Assembly: GCA_022813965.1 (NCBI GenBank)
Contig: JALDZS010000010.1
Location: forward strand, 62,001 to 126,000
Length of the DNA stretch: 64,000 bases
Origin: Toensbergia leucococca
Lineage: Eukaryota
Direction of reading: 5' to 3'
Shown here: in pieces, positions 24,709-39,137 of the stretch
Numbering within the stretch: position 1 is the stretch's first letter
Layout of the letters: every line of letters begins with the position of its first letter
Notes under the pieces: model-generated
Told to the model about the DNA's origin: nothing
Database searches by the model: none
The model's input: the letters and a program-made list of their open reading frames with translations, nothing else
Program-made: the position numbers and the translations under genes

Positions 24709-26272
24709 ACAGAGAGTCCACATTATTCCACTTGTAGGGGTTGTCCCCAGTTCCCACGTGTCGTTGTAGCCGATTCCACGCTAAAGACTTGGCATGTTTG
24801 AGATCTCTTCCTGCTCACCGTGTTTGCAAATTAAAGCTGTCCACCAATCTCAGTCCTGAGGCTTTGCTGCGGACTTTGCTCCGATACGGATACCTGCGTT
24901 GACTCGAACCTGCAATTGAAGTTGAAGTCTCCTGATAGTCGTGGCAGTAGCGAAGTTTGAGAATTATTGTTGTACAGTAAGCAGCGTCCGTGGCGGGATT
25001 GACGAGCCGTTGCGCAACTACACATCCGTTGCTTGGAAGGCTCCCGGATCGTCTGTAATTCGAGCTAAGTAGGCAGAAGCAAATGGAGGAGTCCATGGTT
25101 ACGACTGGAGCCTTGCATGTTGAATGCTCAATACTCTCAGTCAAAGCACAGTCAAATCACTCGAGCCTATCACGCCCTCTCCTCTTAAGCGACACAGTAA
25201 ACGCCATTCAGCTGCAGGAATACACATCCTGTTCACTCCACTAATCAGAAGTCCGAAAATTCTTCTAGAACACCGCCTTGCAAGGTTATTTTGCGTGCCG
25301 CTGTCGATTGCATTATGGCGCAATAGATGCCAGGTGCTTAAATTCTCTAGCATCTTCCATGAGAGGTCGGGTAAACCCATTTATTCTCCCCGTAGATCAG
25401 GGATACCACGTGTCGTTTCCCTTTTTATTTCCGACTCAAAGCTATTTTGCTGCCGCCATTGCTGACGATGCAGAAAGCCTCCATTTCGGGTGTTGGTCGA
25501 AAAATAGGGGACGGTAGAGGTCAAGTGATTTTTGAAAAGTCAAAACGCCACTTCTGCAAATTCAATAGTTCTTGCCCTTTAAAAGTCTCAGCATACGTTT
25601 TTGGGACATCGTTATTTTCCTGCTGGCTTGATCGAACATCGATGCAATGCAGTCTCTTTCATCTTGATCTGCACCTACGCCTAAACTTATCTTCATCCTC
25701 ATCGTTTGTCCTTTCTCTTAGCCATTTGACACTATGATATGACAGCATCACGTTGTATTGACTTGCACGTTTTTCATATCTAAACATTTGAGACATTCTG
25801 AAAGATGTACGGGAGAGTTTTGGCCCAGCAGCTTCGGACCATGGTATCAATATTCGTAGTAGCTATGTACACTCATGCTCATAAGCCATGACGCCACAAC
25901 ACGATACATTAAAGAACATAAGAGTATACACTCCACCATCGAGCCATCGCTCAGCGTGCAGAGCTTGCGCCCCCACTCCAGAAAACGCCTTACTAGCCGA
26001 AGTTGAACCTTAGCTTCACGACTCGCTATGCAAAAGTAAAGAGAAACATAGAACTGAAAACGTAAGGTGGTAGGCCAGTCTTTGTTGATATACTGATTTT
26101 GAAGAGCCATGATAGCCTGTCGCAATCGAGGACATCATGAATAGTACTAATATACAATCTCACGCGAGGTGGATCATAGTCTTAAGCATCCTGAACTCCG
26201 GTGCTCCACGTGCCAAAAGCTGGTATAACGATCGAGCCGAAGGGCTGTGATGACGAAATGAATGAAAGTATA

Positions 26273-29200
26273 TCATGGTGGACTCGTTCCTCCAAGGAGC
26301 CTAGACCTTTCGAAATTTTCAGACTCGCCAAAGGCTTGCGGCATGGATTTGGAATGGACAGCGTCGCTCTTAAGGTGGTCAAGACGATCTTGTTCTCCGG
26401 ATATCGGATCGCCGGGATGTGAGGGCTGTGATTCTGGTGGCGGTAAGCTCCGCACTGGTGCTTGGGGCGACGGCGCAGTAAACGCATCAAAGATGCTACG
26501 TTGCCGTAGTGCAAACCACCCGCCTCGCTCCCATTCGCCAGGCTGATATAGACAGCTTCTGCGTGTGTTCCGTTCGACTATACCAGAAAGCAACACATTC
26601 AACCGCTTAAAGTCAATAGGCTTGAGAATCCAGCCGTCAAATCCGGCATCAATATAGGTTTGGCAGTCCTTCTCGATCAAAGAAGCCGAGACAGCGAAGA
26701 TCGGGACTCGGCCGTTGACTGCCGCGCGGCTCGATAGAACATTTTTGGGGTGGCATTTCTCAAAGGATCTGATCATCTTCGTTGATGTCAACCCGTCAAC
26801 GATTGGCATCTAGTAATATTCGTCAGAAGTGGCTCCATAACAGGGTGACTACCGACCTGCATATCCATCAACACCACATCATAAAAAGCAACCTTCTCCC
26901 CATAGGCACTGGAACATTCCTCCCCATTGACTGTCAGAAATACAGTATGGCCAGTCTTTTCTAGCCTCTTTGAGATGATTTTACTATTAATCGGATCATC
27001 TTCAGCGACCAAAACATGTAGATTATCAGCTGTCAAAGGCTCCGTCTTTTTTATGGAATTTTCTGAAGCATCAAGTAAGAATCGCGGAGCTGTTTTGGGC
27101 GGCAGTTCTGACACGGGCGATGCTTGACTATCTTCTTGTGGGACTCGGACTGGCCTAATCGGAGTCTTCGAGTCTACAACAGCCGCTTGTCCTGTGGTCC
27201 CTAGGGTTGAAGATCTTGACTCGAATATTCCCGCGATAGGTGCAACAGCGTGATGAAGAGACGTTGGAGACGCACTTGACCACCGGGTTGGCGAATCCGA
27301 AATCGATTCTCCCCAACTTGCAGCTCTCGACTTACGGCTCTCTGCGGTAATCGATTGACTCTTCCCAATCACTTGTGGCTCTTGAATAGCACCAATAAGT
27401 CTATCGACGTCACTCCTTGCACTGGACCCACTCTCGAAGGTGTTAAGGCTAGTGCTCTTCACGCTAGTTATACTCTCGTTGCTTTGACGGCCCAGTGATA
27501 TATTTACACTGCTTGACGAGCCTTTTTGCGAGCTTTTATTAACCAGCAACATCTCACCCTCCGTTATTGGAGGTGTTCTTGGCTGATCTGTAGGAGGTGA
27601 TGTCCCAGCTGATATGGCGCTCTCGAGCGAGCTCGGCCGTTTTTCATCTGGCGGAAGATCAAACCCTAATTGTATGACAAAACGGGACCCTTTGCCTTCT
27701 TCAGACTTGAGTCGCAGCTGACCGTCCATGTTGCGGATTATTCTAGCCACTATGGCAAGACCAAGTCCAAGAGGCTTCTTATTGTGTTTTCCAGGGCTGA
27801 GATGCTTAGAGTGGGGAGCAAGTTTTTCTTGCGGTCCTTCGTCGTTCTCAGATGATACCTGTTCGAGATCTCTGAAGAGTGCATCGAGCTTCTTGGACGA
27901 CATGCCAATCCCGGTGTCCTGGACGGCGATGTCTATTTCCACATGGCCGTCGTTGTTCCCGGCGAGAGTTAATTCCACCTTGACGGCACCAATCGTGGTG
28001 TGTTGAAAGGCATTGGCTGTAACATTAGAGATTACCTGTCTCACGCGTCTCTGATCACCAATAACGTAACGAGGTACGCCCGGGTTTTCAATGACTTCGT
28101 AGTCAATCTGTTTGCGCTTTGCATCTCCAGTGAACATATCTGTTGCTTCTCTAACTGTTCCCAGGAAATCAAACACCTCGTCCTTTATGAGATCACGGCC
28201 TTCCTCCATTTTGGTTAAATCGAGAAGGTCATTAATAACGTATATGAGCGACTTTGACGCCGAGTGTGATTTGGCAAGATTTTCTCTCGTGTCTTGGTCA
28301 AGAGTTCCCTCCAGCGCAATCTCTAGGTAATTGATAATGGCATTTAGGGGCGTTCGAACTTCGTGGGCAGAGTTTGCCAAGAGGATTTTTGTGAGTTGGC
28401 TGTTCTGCAGTGCAGCCTCTTTTTGTCTCCACACTTCGATGAACTTCCCATATACTAGACAGAGCACAGCAGCAGTCTCTGTTTGCTCTTCAGTCCATTC
28501 TCTGCATTTGCCAGTAACAGTCTCACTCCACGTCTTGAAGCTCTTCCTGGGCTCGAGATAGCCCGATGTCCCCTCCTTGATAAATTTCTCGTGAGGGTTA
28601 CCAGCCCATTTGACCTCTCGCAATTGGCCTCTGCGGAAGAATACGATAAAGTCGTTGCCATTGACTGACAACGGAACGAGCAAAAGACCTGCAATAACGG
28701 AGAAGCCTGGGGGATATCGTAGGTCGGGAAAATTGAGTCGTACGTCATGGGAGGTCATGACAGAAGTCAACTTCCGTAATCGTAGATACTCTAGCAAGGC
28801 AAGAGCTTCTTGTGTTTGATCTAATTTCCCAAGAATTTTAGTTTCATCCCGTATCGAAAGAATACCATAATCTGCATCGAACAGCGCCAATAGATCGTCC
28901 GAAGAAGCAATGATGTAGCCTGAAGGGTTGGTCTCCGTAGGTACCGTATTTATGAGTTTCCGAGCCTGCAGTCTCGAGGCGTAGGAGAGTCGTTCAATGT
29001 TCCGAGAAGCGGCGTCACCTACCAATCTGCACATCTTACGGATAGGAAACGATACTCGCATCCCTTTTGAGCCGTATGAGTGACAAGCAATTAGCCCCCA
29101 CAGCTCAGCGAAGGCATTGATAGAAATCGACATAGAAGAACGGACAGCCATGTTCGCCAGGTACTTGACATGAATTGGTGACATTGCCCTGAGATATGCA

Positions 29201-30870
29201 TGCGTCAAGTCTAAAGGCTTTTCAAGGTCTTCGATGGTTCGACAGACGAGACGAGCGGTTTCCTGGTCACGATCATAGAGCAATCTGACTTTGTTGATCT
29301 TGTATAGATCTCGCGCCTGTTTGGGTATATCAGAGGCCGGGAAGTTGAGACCCTTGTATAAGTCTTTGGTGGCTCTTGGATCCACAATCTCGGTTACGAC
29401 TCTACCATTCCAAACCTGGTCGAATTGATATACCATGACTCGATGGAATCCTGTCAGCTCCTTGACCACACCCACCAAAACTTTCAGAAAAGCGTCGAGG
29501 GTAGGCGCGGTTGCTAATTGCTCCTGAACCTGCGACATGATGTTGAACACCTCCATTGTTGCTGCTTCTCCTTTTCGCTTCCTAGCACTCCGTAAAACTC
29601 GCAAGGGCCTACTTTTGTTTACCGTGCTCTCGGCATACTCCTCTGCAGTAGGATTGCTATTCAGAGTATCTTCGGGTGGTTCCGGCGTCGCTTGCTCTGG
29701 GTGTACAAGTGGGTTCTTGATGTCATCTTCAAGCTCGAATTCACAGATTATAGTTCCGCTATTATTCTCGTTGATGTGGATAGCACACCATAGCTTCTGC
29801 GTTTTTCTGCTGGGTGTGCGTATAGCGATTGTAAATACCTCAGGCCCGTTGACTGCCGTGTCCGCATCCTCATCTCTAATAAAATCGACATGATCAAGCA
29901 GATTGTCTGCCTGCTCCTCGGACAGAATATCACAAAAGCTATCGAGAGCAAATAAATCTCCCGGAGTGTAGCCAACAATTCTCTTTGAGTTTTCGCTAAC
30001 AACCCTGACTTTGAACTTTCCATCTGTCTCTTCTTGGAGAGCAATCAAGAGACCAAATCCCTGAATAGCGCCGGGTATGTGGATAGGCTCATCTTCGCAT
30101 CGTTGAAGGGTGTCTCCATCTCGTCCAATAATGACTGCATGGCCTCCTTCGGTTTCAACATGCTTGAATCGTGCTGTGACCAGCCCGCCAGCCTCTCCAC
30201 TGCTTGTTGATTCTGCAATGCTTTTCAGCGTTGACTCTCTATGTTGTCCACGGTTCTCCTCCGTTTTGGCTTCAGAGCTAGTCTTCGGTGGTTTCGTCTG
30301 CTGATTCCCGTCTGGATGTCTTCCATTTCCGCTGACGGACTCAGATCGTTTCCTCATCTCATCCACCTCTGACTTTTGACCCATACTTCCATGAGCAATC
30401 GTTTGTGAATTTTCCATACTACGGCGACTCTTAGTGGGCGTATTAGCATTCGAGGAGTCTGAAATTTGATCCGTTGATAGTACGCCACTTGCCGAGAACC
30501 GACGTGTTCCAGACAGTTGCTCTGATATAGCAGAATTTTCGCCCGGAAGGACCATACCCGGGAAACCGTCTCCAACGCCACCTCCAAATTGGCTCATCGG
30601 TGTTGGCGTAGGCTCAACGGAAACAAAGGAACGTATAGGAAAAACCATATCTGCGGCCAAGGGTGAGAACGGCGATTCAGGGTACTGTCCATATGGCTCT
30701 TCCGAAATTCCACGATTCTCTGCTCTACCTAAACCTGGTCGTTGCGGTCGAGATGAAGGAGGTGATTGCTGTTCGGAAGAAGCACGTCGATGTGAGCTAA
30801 AGGGCATTTTTGAATCCTCGAGTGGGGATCTTAATGACTCTTCTTCTGGCGGGCAAGCTCCAGGACACAT
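26273..30870 (-). CDS. fphA: Fungal phytochrome, PAS-GAF-PHY-HisKA-HATPase-REC hybrid histidine kinase (intron 26810-26856)
   Basis: N-terminal chromophore Cys in LQRCEDEPIHIPGAIQ; GAF FPASDIPKQAR and MSPIHVKYL; PHY PRKSF; H-box SAHEVRTPLN; VQDTGIG and GLGLAIV; receiver VLVAEDD..VLMDMQ|MPIVDG..KP. The start could be the ATG at 30870 or a later Met. Confidence 0.95.
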
Positions 30871-33734
30871 CTTGATTACGCCACCACGAGATCTAGAATT
30901 TCCTCGGATAGCTAGAGTACGAAGGAAGAATTAGAATGCATTCAAATCATCAAGTAATCTGAGGGATGTGAGCATTGAATCACTTACTTTGGGGACTCTA
31001 TCTGTAGACTTCAGTCTCCGGGAAGTCAAAGTGACTCTCCACACGTCGATGGGGGATCATCTAGGAGGATATTGTGTCATAAGGTCTTTCTCGACAGATG
31101 TAGGGATGCGGAGAGTGCAGAGCAGTCGAACGAGGCAAAGGAATTGAGAGCTTCGGGCGAGGCGCCACAGTAGATCAAGCAGCTATTTGGGTAGAATTTG
31201 ATAGTCGCCGTGAGTGGTGGTAATCATTCTACCGTACGGCGGCTTGTCTGACCATCGATGATGATGATGAACTCATATTACTGTCCCAGCGACCGTAGGT
31301 CGCTATGCAGACTCCTCTAACTACTAGTTACCCTATGCCTAATGAGGTAATCTTACCTAAAGAGGCAACTTCACCTCACCGACGCCATTACTATTACTAT
31401 TCAGAATTCTATGCCGGAGGCCTAGAATTTCAGTGTTTTCTGTATATCAATAGAACTCAGTGCTAAACCCTTACTTAAATTGTGACCTGAACGCCTTCAA
31501 ATTGCCTCAGAAGCCGTGTTAGTATCATGAAATTAGCTGCTTTCACTATCAAATCAGGTGAATTCAGTAGTATTTTCAAATTACCTCCCCTCAGAATCAC
31601 TCTCTCTCAAACCTTTATTCTCAACTGATTGAACCTAAGGCACATCAGAAGCACATGCATCACTGTCTGCTGACCTAGGTCACGCTGACAGCCCTCATTC
31701 TCTGTGTCTGAAACTTCTCTACTATAGAGAAACTTTCTCAGATTGATTTTTTTAGTCTGTAACTGTATAATCATGAAACTGATAGACTTACTAACCTTGT
31801 CATGTAAACTGAGTATTTTGAATGTCAGAATAAGAGTAAATTTGTATGTAAAATAATCATATGTCTTTATCACTTATTTTCTTTCTTAGTCTTTTATTAT
31901 TACCTTGTGAGCTAAAGCTCTGACTGCAGCAATAAATACTGTGTCAATAATCTGAATTGAGAGAGAAATTACTTTTCTTTTACTTCACTCTGTGACTTTC
32001 TTAATCTTTTTGTCTGTTATCTCATTGCCCTTTACTCTGATATAAGTCAGTATTTATTGAAGTTTTAAAGTAATTCTGACTGTTCTTAAAATATTAATTA
32101 GTGTGATAATCTAAATCAGAATACTTTGCCCTAATTGATTCTTTAAGATCTGAATAATAAGCAATAAGACTTAATTATTAATGAAGATGATAACCTTCTT
32201 TGCCTCATAGTAGATATTGACTATTCTCAACATTATAAGGGCGTCATTTAACTTCTCAGTGTATACTGTGATTATACTATCTGATCTCAGATATGCAGTG
32301 TCTCAGTAAAACATATGTTATATTATCTTTCTCAGTAACACAGTGATAAAACTAATTCTATTATTAATTTCACTCTTATCAGTATATATAGCTAATAATG
32401 ACTGTAAGCAAGTTATGTTCTAATAATGTTTTTACTTCACTGTCTCCTTATTAAAGACTATATGTATGATTAGTGATTCTTATTATAAGAGTATCACAAA
32501 TAAGACTTGTTTTTTCAGCTGATCAAGATTAATTCTTAATTTTCCTTCTATATGACTGTGTAGCACTTTTAGTAATGACACACTTACTTTAATCTAAACT
32601 AAGCTCTCAAGGTAATCTCTAATTTAGAGAGTCTGAAGGATTTTCACTAAGTAAAAATTCCTCACTTCTTTTAGTTTAATCATGATAAGACTAGATACTA
32701 TGCAGAGATATGTTGAGATGAGCTGTTTTTTTAGAGTTAGCGCTATTGACAAGAGATAGGTCTTAACATTTATAATTAGTATTAATGTCATTCTAAATGT
32801 CTTTTTAATCACTTTAGTCACTTAGTATTAAATGAAGGTAAGGGTTCACAGTATCATTAACTGATAATTAATCTTACCTTCAGATGAGTATCAGACTAAA
32901 ATTCAGTGTGTGATCTGTGATAAAATCATGACTTAATATATTATTCTTACTCTTTTTAGACTAACCTCTCAGATAAAACTCATAAGGCTGATTAAAGCAT
33001 CTATTTACTCTAAAGCTCTAGTCTATATATAATAGAAATAAGTCTTTTATTTTAGTCTTGAATTTATTATTATTCTGAGAAATCTACAGGCTTTCTTCAG
33101 ATATAGCGTCATATCTTGTTCTAATATCAGTGTTTCTTTCAAATTATGACTTCTTTTTTATGACTATAAGAAATAAACTAGTTCAGATTTTGCTAATACA
33201 AATTTGAATGCATGTTTTTATGCTTAATCTGTGCACCTCCTGTACACAGTATTCAATTTTCTCATATTTTCTTTAATAGATGCACTGTAGACTAGAATGT
33301 TAACGTTATTTATGAAGTCATTCAATGATATTAAAGTCTCTACATCCTCACAAGCTTTTAGAAGGTTCACATTATAAAAGAAATATAGTATAGATGACAG
33401 AGAGAATCTCTGAGATATGTCAAGGTTTATTTTCTTTCTTTCTAATGTGTATTCATCTAACTGAATTACTATGAAATAATCACTTAGAAAGTTTCTTATT
33501 TACTCAATCATCTCTTTATTAATCTGTCTCTTTTAAAGGTTGTGAAGTAATTATAAGTGTAACACATTATTAAACACCTCAGATATGTTTAGAAGTAGCA
33601 TGCTCATTACTTTTTCTTCTGTTCAGACCTTGTGTATTCTTTTTATCACTGCATGAGCAGTGTGTTTAGTGAAGGTTAGTTTTCTTTTACTCTAATGAGT
33701 TCAGAGTAATAGACAGTATATTTTAGTCAGATAG

Positions 33735-33906
33735 TGTTACAGTGTTTCTTTCTTTCTTAGAGCTAGAACTAATTAGGTGAGATTAGATGAGTCAGCAACC
33801 CTAAGTGACTTGACATTATCACAGTATATCTAGTGACTTTATACCTAAATAGTTAAACATCTTTTATTGACACTCAGAATTTAGAATCTTATAAGAGACC
33901 CTTATA
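33735..33906 (+). repeat. 5' LTR of element A (172 bp)
   Basis: tgttacagtgtttctttc...gagacccttata; homologous to 49859-50013. Confidence 0.9.
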
Positions 33907-36900
33907 AATGATAGCAACAGTTATTAGTTGCTATATAAGTTACTTATTATTGACTGAGTACACTATTATTTAACTCATTACTGACTGAGTAAAAGTATTC
34001 AGAGTATTTCTACTTATCAAAGAACTGTGTTCTCACTCACTAAATTTATTCATTCATCTAAATTCAGTCTATGACTTCAGTGTCTGAATCTTCTGCATTA
34101 ACTTCAGTCCTTTTATCTGAATAGTAAACTCAAGCCTAACTCTTAATTAGATTCATCAAAGTCACTACTAACAATGAAGTATCTATGAAAGTTCTATACA
34201 TTCTAGACATTATTAAATAATAGTATGTCAGATTATCTATAGCACAGTCTCAATTTAAAAGACCTGAGTCTACTACTTATAGTAGATTCACAGGTTCTTT
34301 AGAATCCCCTTACCTTGTTAAGTAAGCTGAAAATTGACAAAAATTTATAAGGACCTGTGTTAAATTTGAAAGACTCACAGAATCTTATCACTGATTTGAT
34401 GAATATCTTACTAAGATCAAAGAGATTAGTTCAAATTCAGCTGACTCATTTATATCTGAATTAGTCACAGAATTACTGTTAGAATCGAACAATGACTTTG
34501 AGAACTTTAAGAAAGATATCAATAATCTGAATACACTTGCCCTTTAATAAATAGTAAACTGTGAAAAAGCTAAAGACACAGCATGTGCAAAAGTCATAAC
34601 TAAACAGTGAGAGTAATTTTCTTCTGACACTAATGCTGAATCATGAACAGAAATGTCTAATCCTTTTTAGTATCAAGGTAACACCTGTGAGACAATGAAG
34701 AAAATATCACAGACCCTATTATTTGATAGTAATATTTCTTAGGAGCAAAGAAATACTATCTTCAATGAAGTGAAAGACTGATTCAAGATGTTCTTTACTA
34801 TGCAGAAGCAAGTGAATGAAAAAAGAACTGTGAAAAATTCAGTGAAATGAGAACCTCAGAACTGTAAGCCCTGAGAGCTCAAGGAATAAATCTTTAAAGA
34901 GGTAGAGTATTTTGAATCTGATTATGCAGATACTAATAAAATGTTTATCTCTGAAAGACATACCTTCTACAAAGATGTCTATATCTACATTGATCACCTC
35001 TAAGATCTTAAACAGATATAAAAAGAAGAAAAACTAAGGATGATAATATCACAGACCTTCTGAGGGTCAACAACTAAGTGATACACCTCAGAACTCACTG
35101 AAATGAAAAAGAAATTCTTGTGAAATTGCACTATGAAATAGTATTACTATTAAATCATTCAAAGATTTAAGATACGCACATCACAGACATTGCAACTACT
35201 TATCTCTGAGTATTATTTCATAAAAAACACACAATCAAGTAGAGTCTCAAAGACTTATATATAAGACATTCTTCACTATGCTAGAGTAGCAGAGTTTAAA
35301 TCAACTTATTATCAGCTGACTTATGCATAAAACAGCCTAACCCTAAAATATTAATGAAATATATCAGAACTAATTATTATTATTATTATGACTGTATTTA
35401 TAACACAACTGAATGTCAAAGAAAATATATGAGCAGAAATGACTAAGTTAAAAAGCTGTGATTATATTATCAGCTTCAAATCACATGAAAAGGATTGTAG
35501 CATTAAAAAGGTCAGAATAACGTCAGTCTATTCAGTTAATTCACTAATTTCACTGTATTATGCACTGACATTACTGCAAGCATATCTGACATATAATTGC
35601 GGTTATTATCAAGAAAATAATCAAGATTATAGTAATAATTCAAATTATCAAAACCAAGGTAATTTCAATATCTTATCTTATCAAAATTCTAACAAGAAAC
35701 AACCTCTGAAGTCTAGTGACTTAGATCACTGTCTTCTAAAAATAAAGAATAGTAGTAAGGACTCAAAGTTTTAAGGAAAACTCAAGAAAAATGCCTTCTT
35801 TAAAAAAGATAACAGGCATCCCTTCAAAAGGCAGTCAGTGTATCAGATAGATACTAACACTAATGACCTTGAAGAAACTACTGATAAGAGTAATGATGAT
35901 AAAATACAGTCTAAGAAAGATTCAGATAATTACTGAGCAAATGCAGTCATGTACTATCAGTCATGTCAATATAATAATAATAGTAATGAATCTATTATAA
36001 ATAATGTGAATTTTGTCTTAACACTGAAAGTGATATGCAAGACATGTGAACTGAAATTTTTATCAAAAAACCTCATGCACAAACATATCAGAGCAGAGCA
36101 CTCAAAGGCTAAGGTGATCAAGTCAGAGAAAGTCAAGTCAGATAAACTCATGCTGCAAAATCAACAAATACTGATGTCAGTTGCAGCCTCATTAGATGAC
36201 TTAATCAAGAAAATTTCAATAGTAAAATCTGCCACCATTAATGATATTAAGATAATGAAAGGTCTCTGAATCTTTTACTTCATCACAACACTAGTCAGTC
36301 TATCTGAATCATTTACATCAGAGTCAGTATGTTTAAATATGAGTGCTTTTATAATACTAATTGACTGAGAATTTCTTTACTGACAAAATTTTACTATTTC
36401 AATTAATCAAATGAATAAATCAGTGAAATTTCACAGAATAGAACCTGATCAACATCAAACTAAAGAATATATCAATCTGAAAATGCGCTTCCTAGATAAA
36501 TAAGAGAATAAATTATAAATTGCACTGATTACTTACAAAGCATACATTGTCAATAATCTGTGAGTCAAATTGCTAATCATCATAAATATATTAGATCAGA
36601 AAAAAATTAATCTAATGCTATTTAGCAAAACAGCTTATTTTGAGACATGCAACGTCAACATCTTAATTGAGATAACTTCTAAAGACTCATACACTAGACA
36701 AAGCATTCACACAAAAGCTGAAGTGTATATATTCTCAAGTGAATGTGTTAGCATAGATGTTAGTCACTTAGATCTATCAATAGATTAAGACTTTATCTTT
36801 AAGCCTGAAGAATCTATGACTACTCTGTATACACATGTAGTTAATGTGACTATTATTTTGATAATAGCCTTTAATAAACTACAGACAGGTATGATAATTT

Positions 36901-38901
36901 CAAGAAATGCTTAGCTAAGGTTTGTTACTGAAATAAATCACAAAAATTGCTACACAGTGAATGACATCATATATCATAAAGACATATAAGATTTAGATGT
37001 AAAAAAATTACAGAAACATTATAAAACTCACTAAGATAAATATCTGTTCACTGCTGTCACTGCTGTAGTGTATGTAATAAATTTAATAATAAACTCTTCT
37101 GAAATTACTGAAATAAACTCATTTAATATTTCACTAAATCTAAACTCAACATCTGAACTTGCAATTCTAAACGTTGATAAGTTAAATGATAATTGATCTG
37201 AAGAATTCATAGTTATTTCATCAGATATAAAACATTGCATGTCAAATAAAGTCAGAATATACAGTGATTCAGTCATCAGAAAATGCCTGATAAAAGTAGT
37301 AAATTAGCACACCCCCTTATAAAAAAAAGGTAAATTTGTCAAAGTTTCTTCAGAAGAATAAATAATCATCTTACTAAAGAAAGGTTGAGAAAAACCTATT
37401 AAAGAAAAAGTCAAGATTTATCCTTTAGGCATCAAAGACAAGAAAGTAGTAGATTAGACATTCAATTAACCACATAAACAAAAAAGACTACAATAAATCA
37501 ATCAGAGTACTTCTTTCAGCTTTTCAGTGTTCATAGTTTGAAAAACTAATTCAGATGAAACATAAAAAGAAAGAGCTGTTGTGAATATTCAAGGGCTTAA
37601 TCAAGTTACTCAGCCTAATGCATACTCACTTCTGCTACAGTCTGATGTTATATCTCTGATAAGAGACTGTAAATACATTATGAGTATAGATGATGCCTTC
37701 TTCTTTTATTAATGACTGATAAAATCAGAGAATCATCACAAACTTACTGTAATTACTCACTGTGATCAAGAGACTTTTTGAGTATCAATAATGAGTTACA
37801 AAGAATTACTGACCTATGTACAAAGACAAATAGATTAAATTCTATAAAAATTCAGTGAATTTGTTAAGGCCTACATAGATAATATTATCATATTCTCTAA
37901 GACCCTTGATAAATACCTAACTTATCTGAAAAAGGTCTTTATTAAGCTAACTTAAATGAGCATTTTCTTAAAAGAAAATTAGTCATTTATTAAATACCTC
38001 ACAGTAATACTACTCAAACAGTGAGTTAACTCTCTCAGATTATTCACAGTAAAAGAAAAGCTAGAAGCAGTAGCTTAACTAAAGTTCTTAAATACATTAA
38101 AGAAACTAAAAACCTATTTAGAAATGACAGATTACTTAAGAAACTATATTTTATGGTATGCAGTAATAGCACAGCCTCTTCAGAATAAAAAAACCTTACT
38201 ACTGAAATTAAGCTCACTGACTGATAATGTTAAAAAGGCTTATTTTAAAGAAACTTCCGTTGAAGATTTATCATCTGAAGAAACCTGATCATTTGAAATG
38301 ATTCAGAAAATGCTATCTTCACCTAACAACTTGCATCATTTTGATTATGCCAGAAATCTGTGAATTAACTCTGATGCTTTTAAGAAAGAAATGAGAGTCA
38401 TGATCTTTTATGTAAAAGAAGATTTAGAACTAACTATATCTTTTATGAAAAAATCAGAACATGCATCTGATGATAAAAAAATAAGAAAATACTTATCTTT
38501 TAGTCAAATAGAATCTATTCTTTTTTTAGGTCACCTTCTCAGCCCTGCTAAAACTTACTACTGACCTACTGAAATGAAAATAACCTGTTTAGTATAAGTA
38601 ATAAAGAAAATTTATCATATAATGAAATCAGTTAAAAGAACTATTATCTTAACTGATCATACATCTACTGTTAACATTACTACTCAAATAAGTCTTAATA
38701 TCACATCAACAGTCAAGTTAAATCTATGACTTATTTATGCATCAGAATACCTTCAAAGGTTTAATCTAAATATACAGCACATTTCTGACAAGAAAAATAT
38801 AATGTCAGATGCCCTATCATGCTTAGACTTGAAAATTCATGATAAACCTGATAAAGGACATTCAGAACTGAATGCACTGTATGTTTATTTCTTTACCTTA
38901 G

Positions 38902-39137
38902 TGTTACAGTTTACCCTAGCATTCTAGCTTCTACCCTTGCATTCTAGTGTAAGCACAGATCAAGGTCAACATAAGAGCTAGAAGTTGACATGTGAGGTTA
39001 TCAGATGTCACAGCTATTACTCAGTAACACTCTGCTGAATACTTATAGTGTGTTTCTCTTCTGTACCTTTAAATCTTTACCTTTAGTGTTCTATTTAATA
39101 GTACTTCTATGACTAGACTTTAGACCTGACTGTGACA
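38902..39137 (+). repeat. 5' LTR of element B
   Basis: tgttacagttt...gacctgactgtgaca; colinear with 45830-46065. Confidence 0.9.

Noticed and set aside
24598..24801. Poly-Val hydrophobic ORF
   Set aside because: It is the translation of the (GTG/GTA)n microsatellite and has a non-ATG start.
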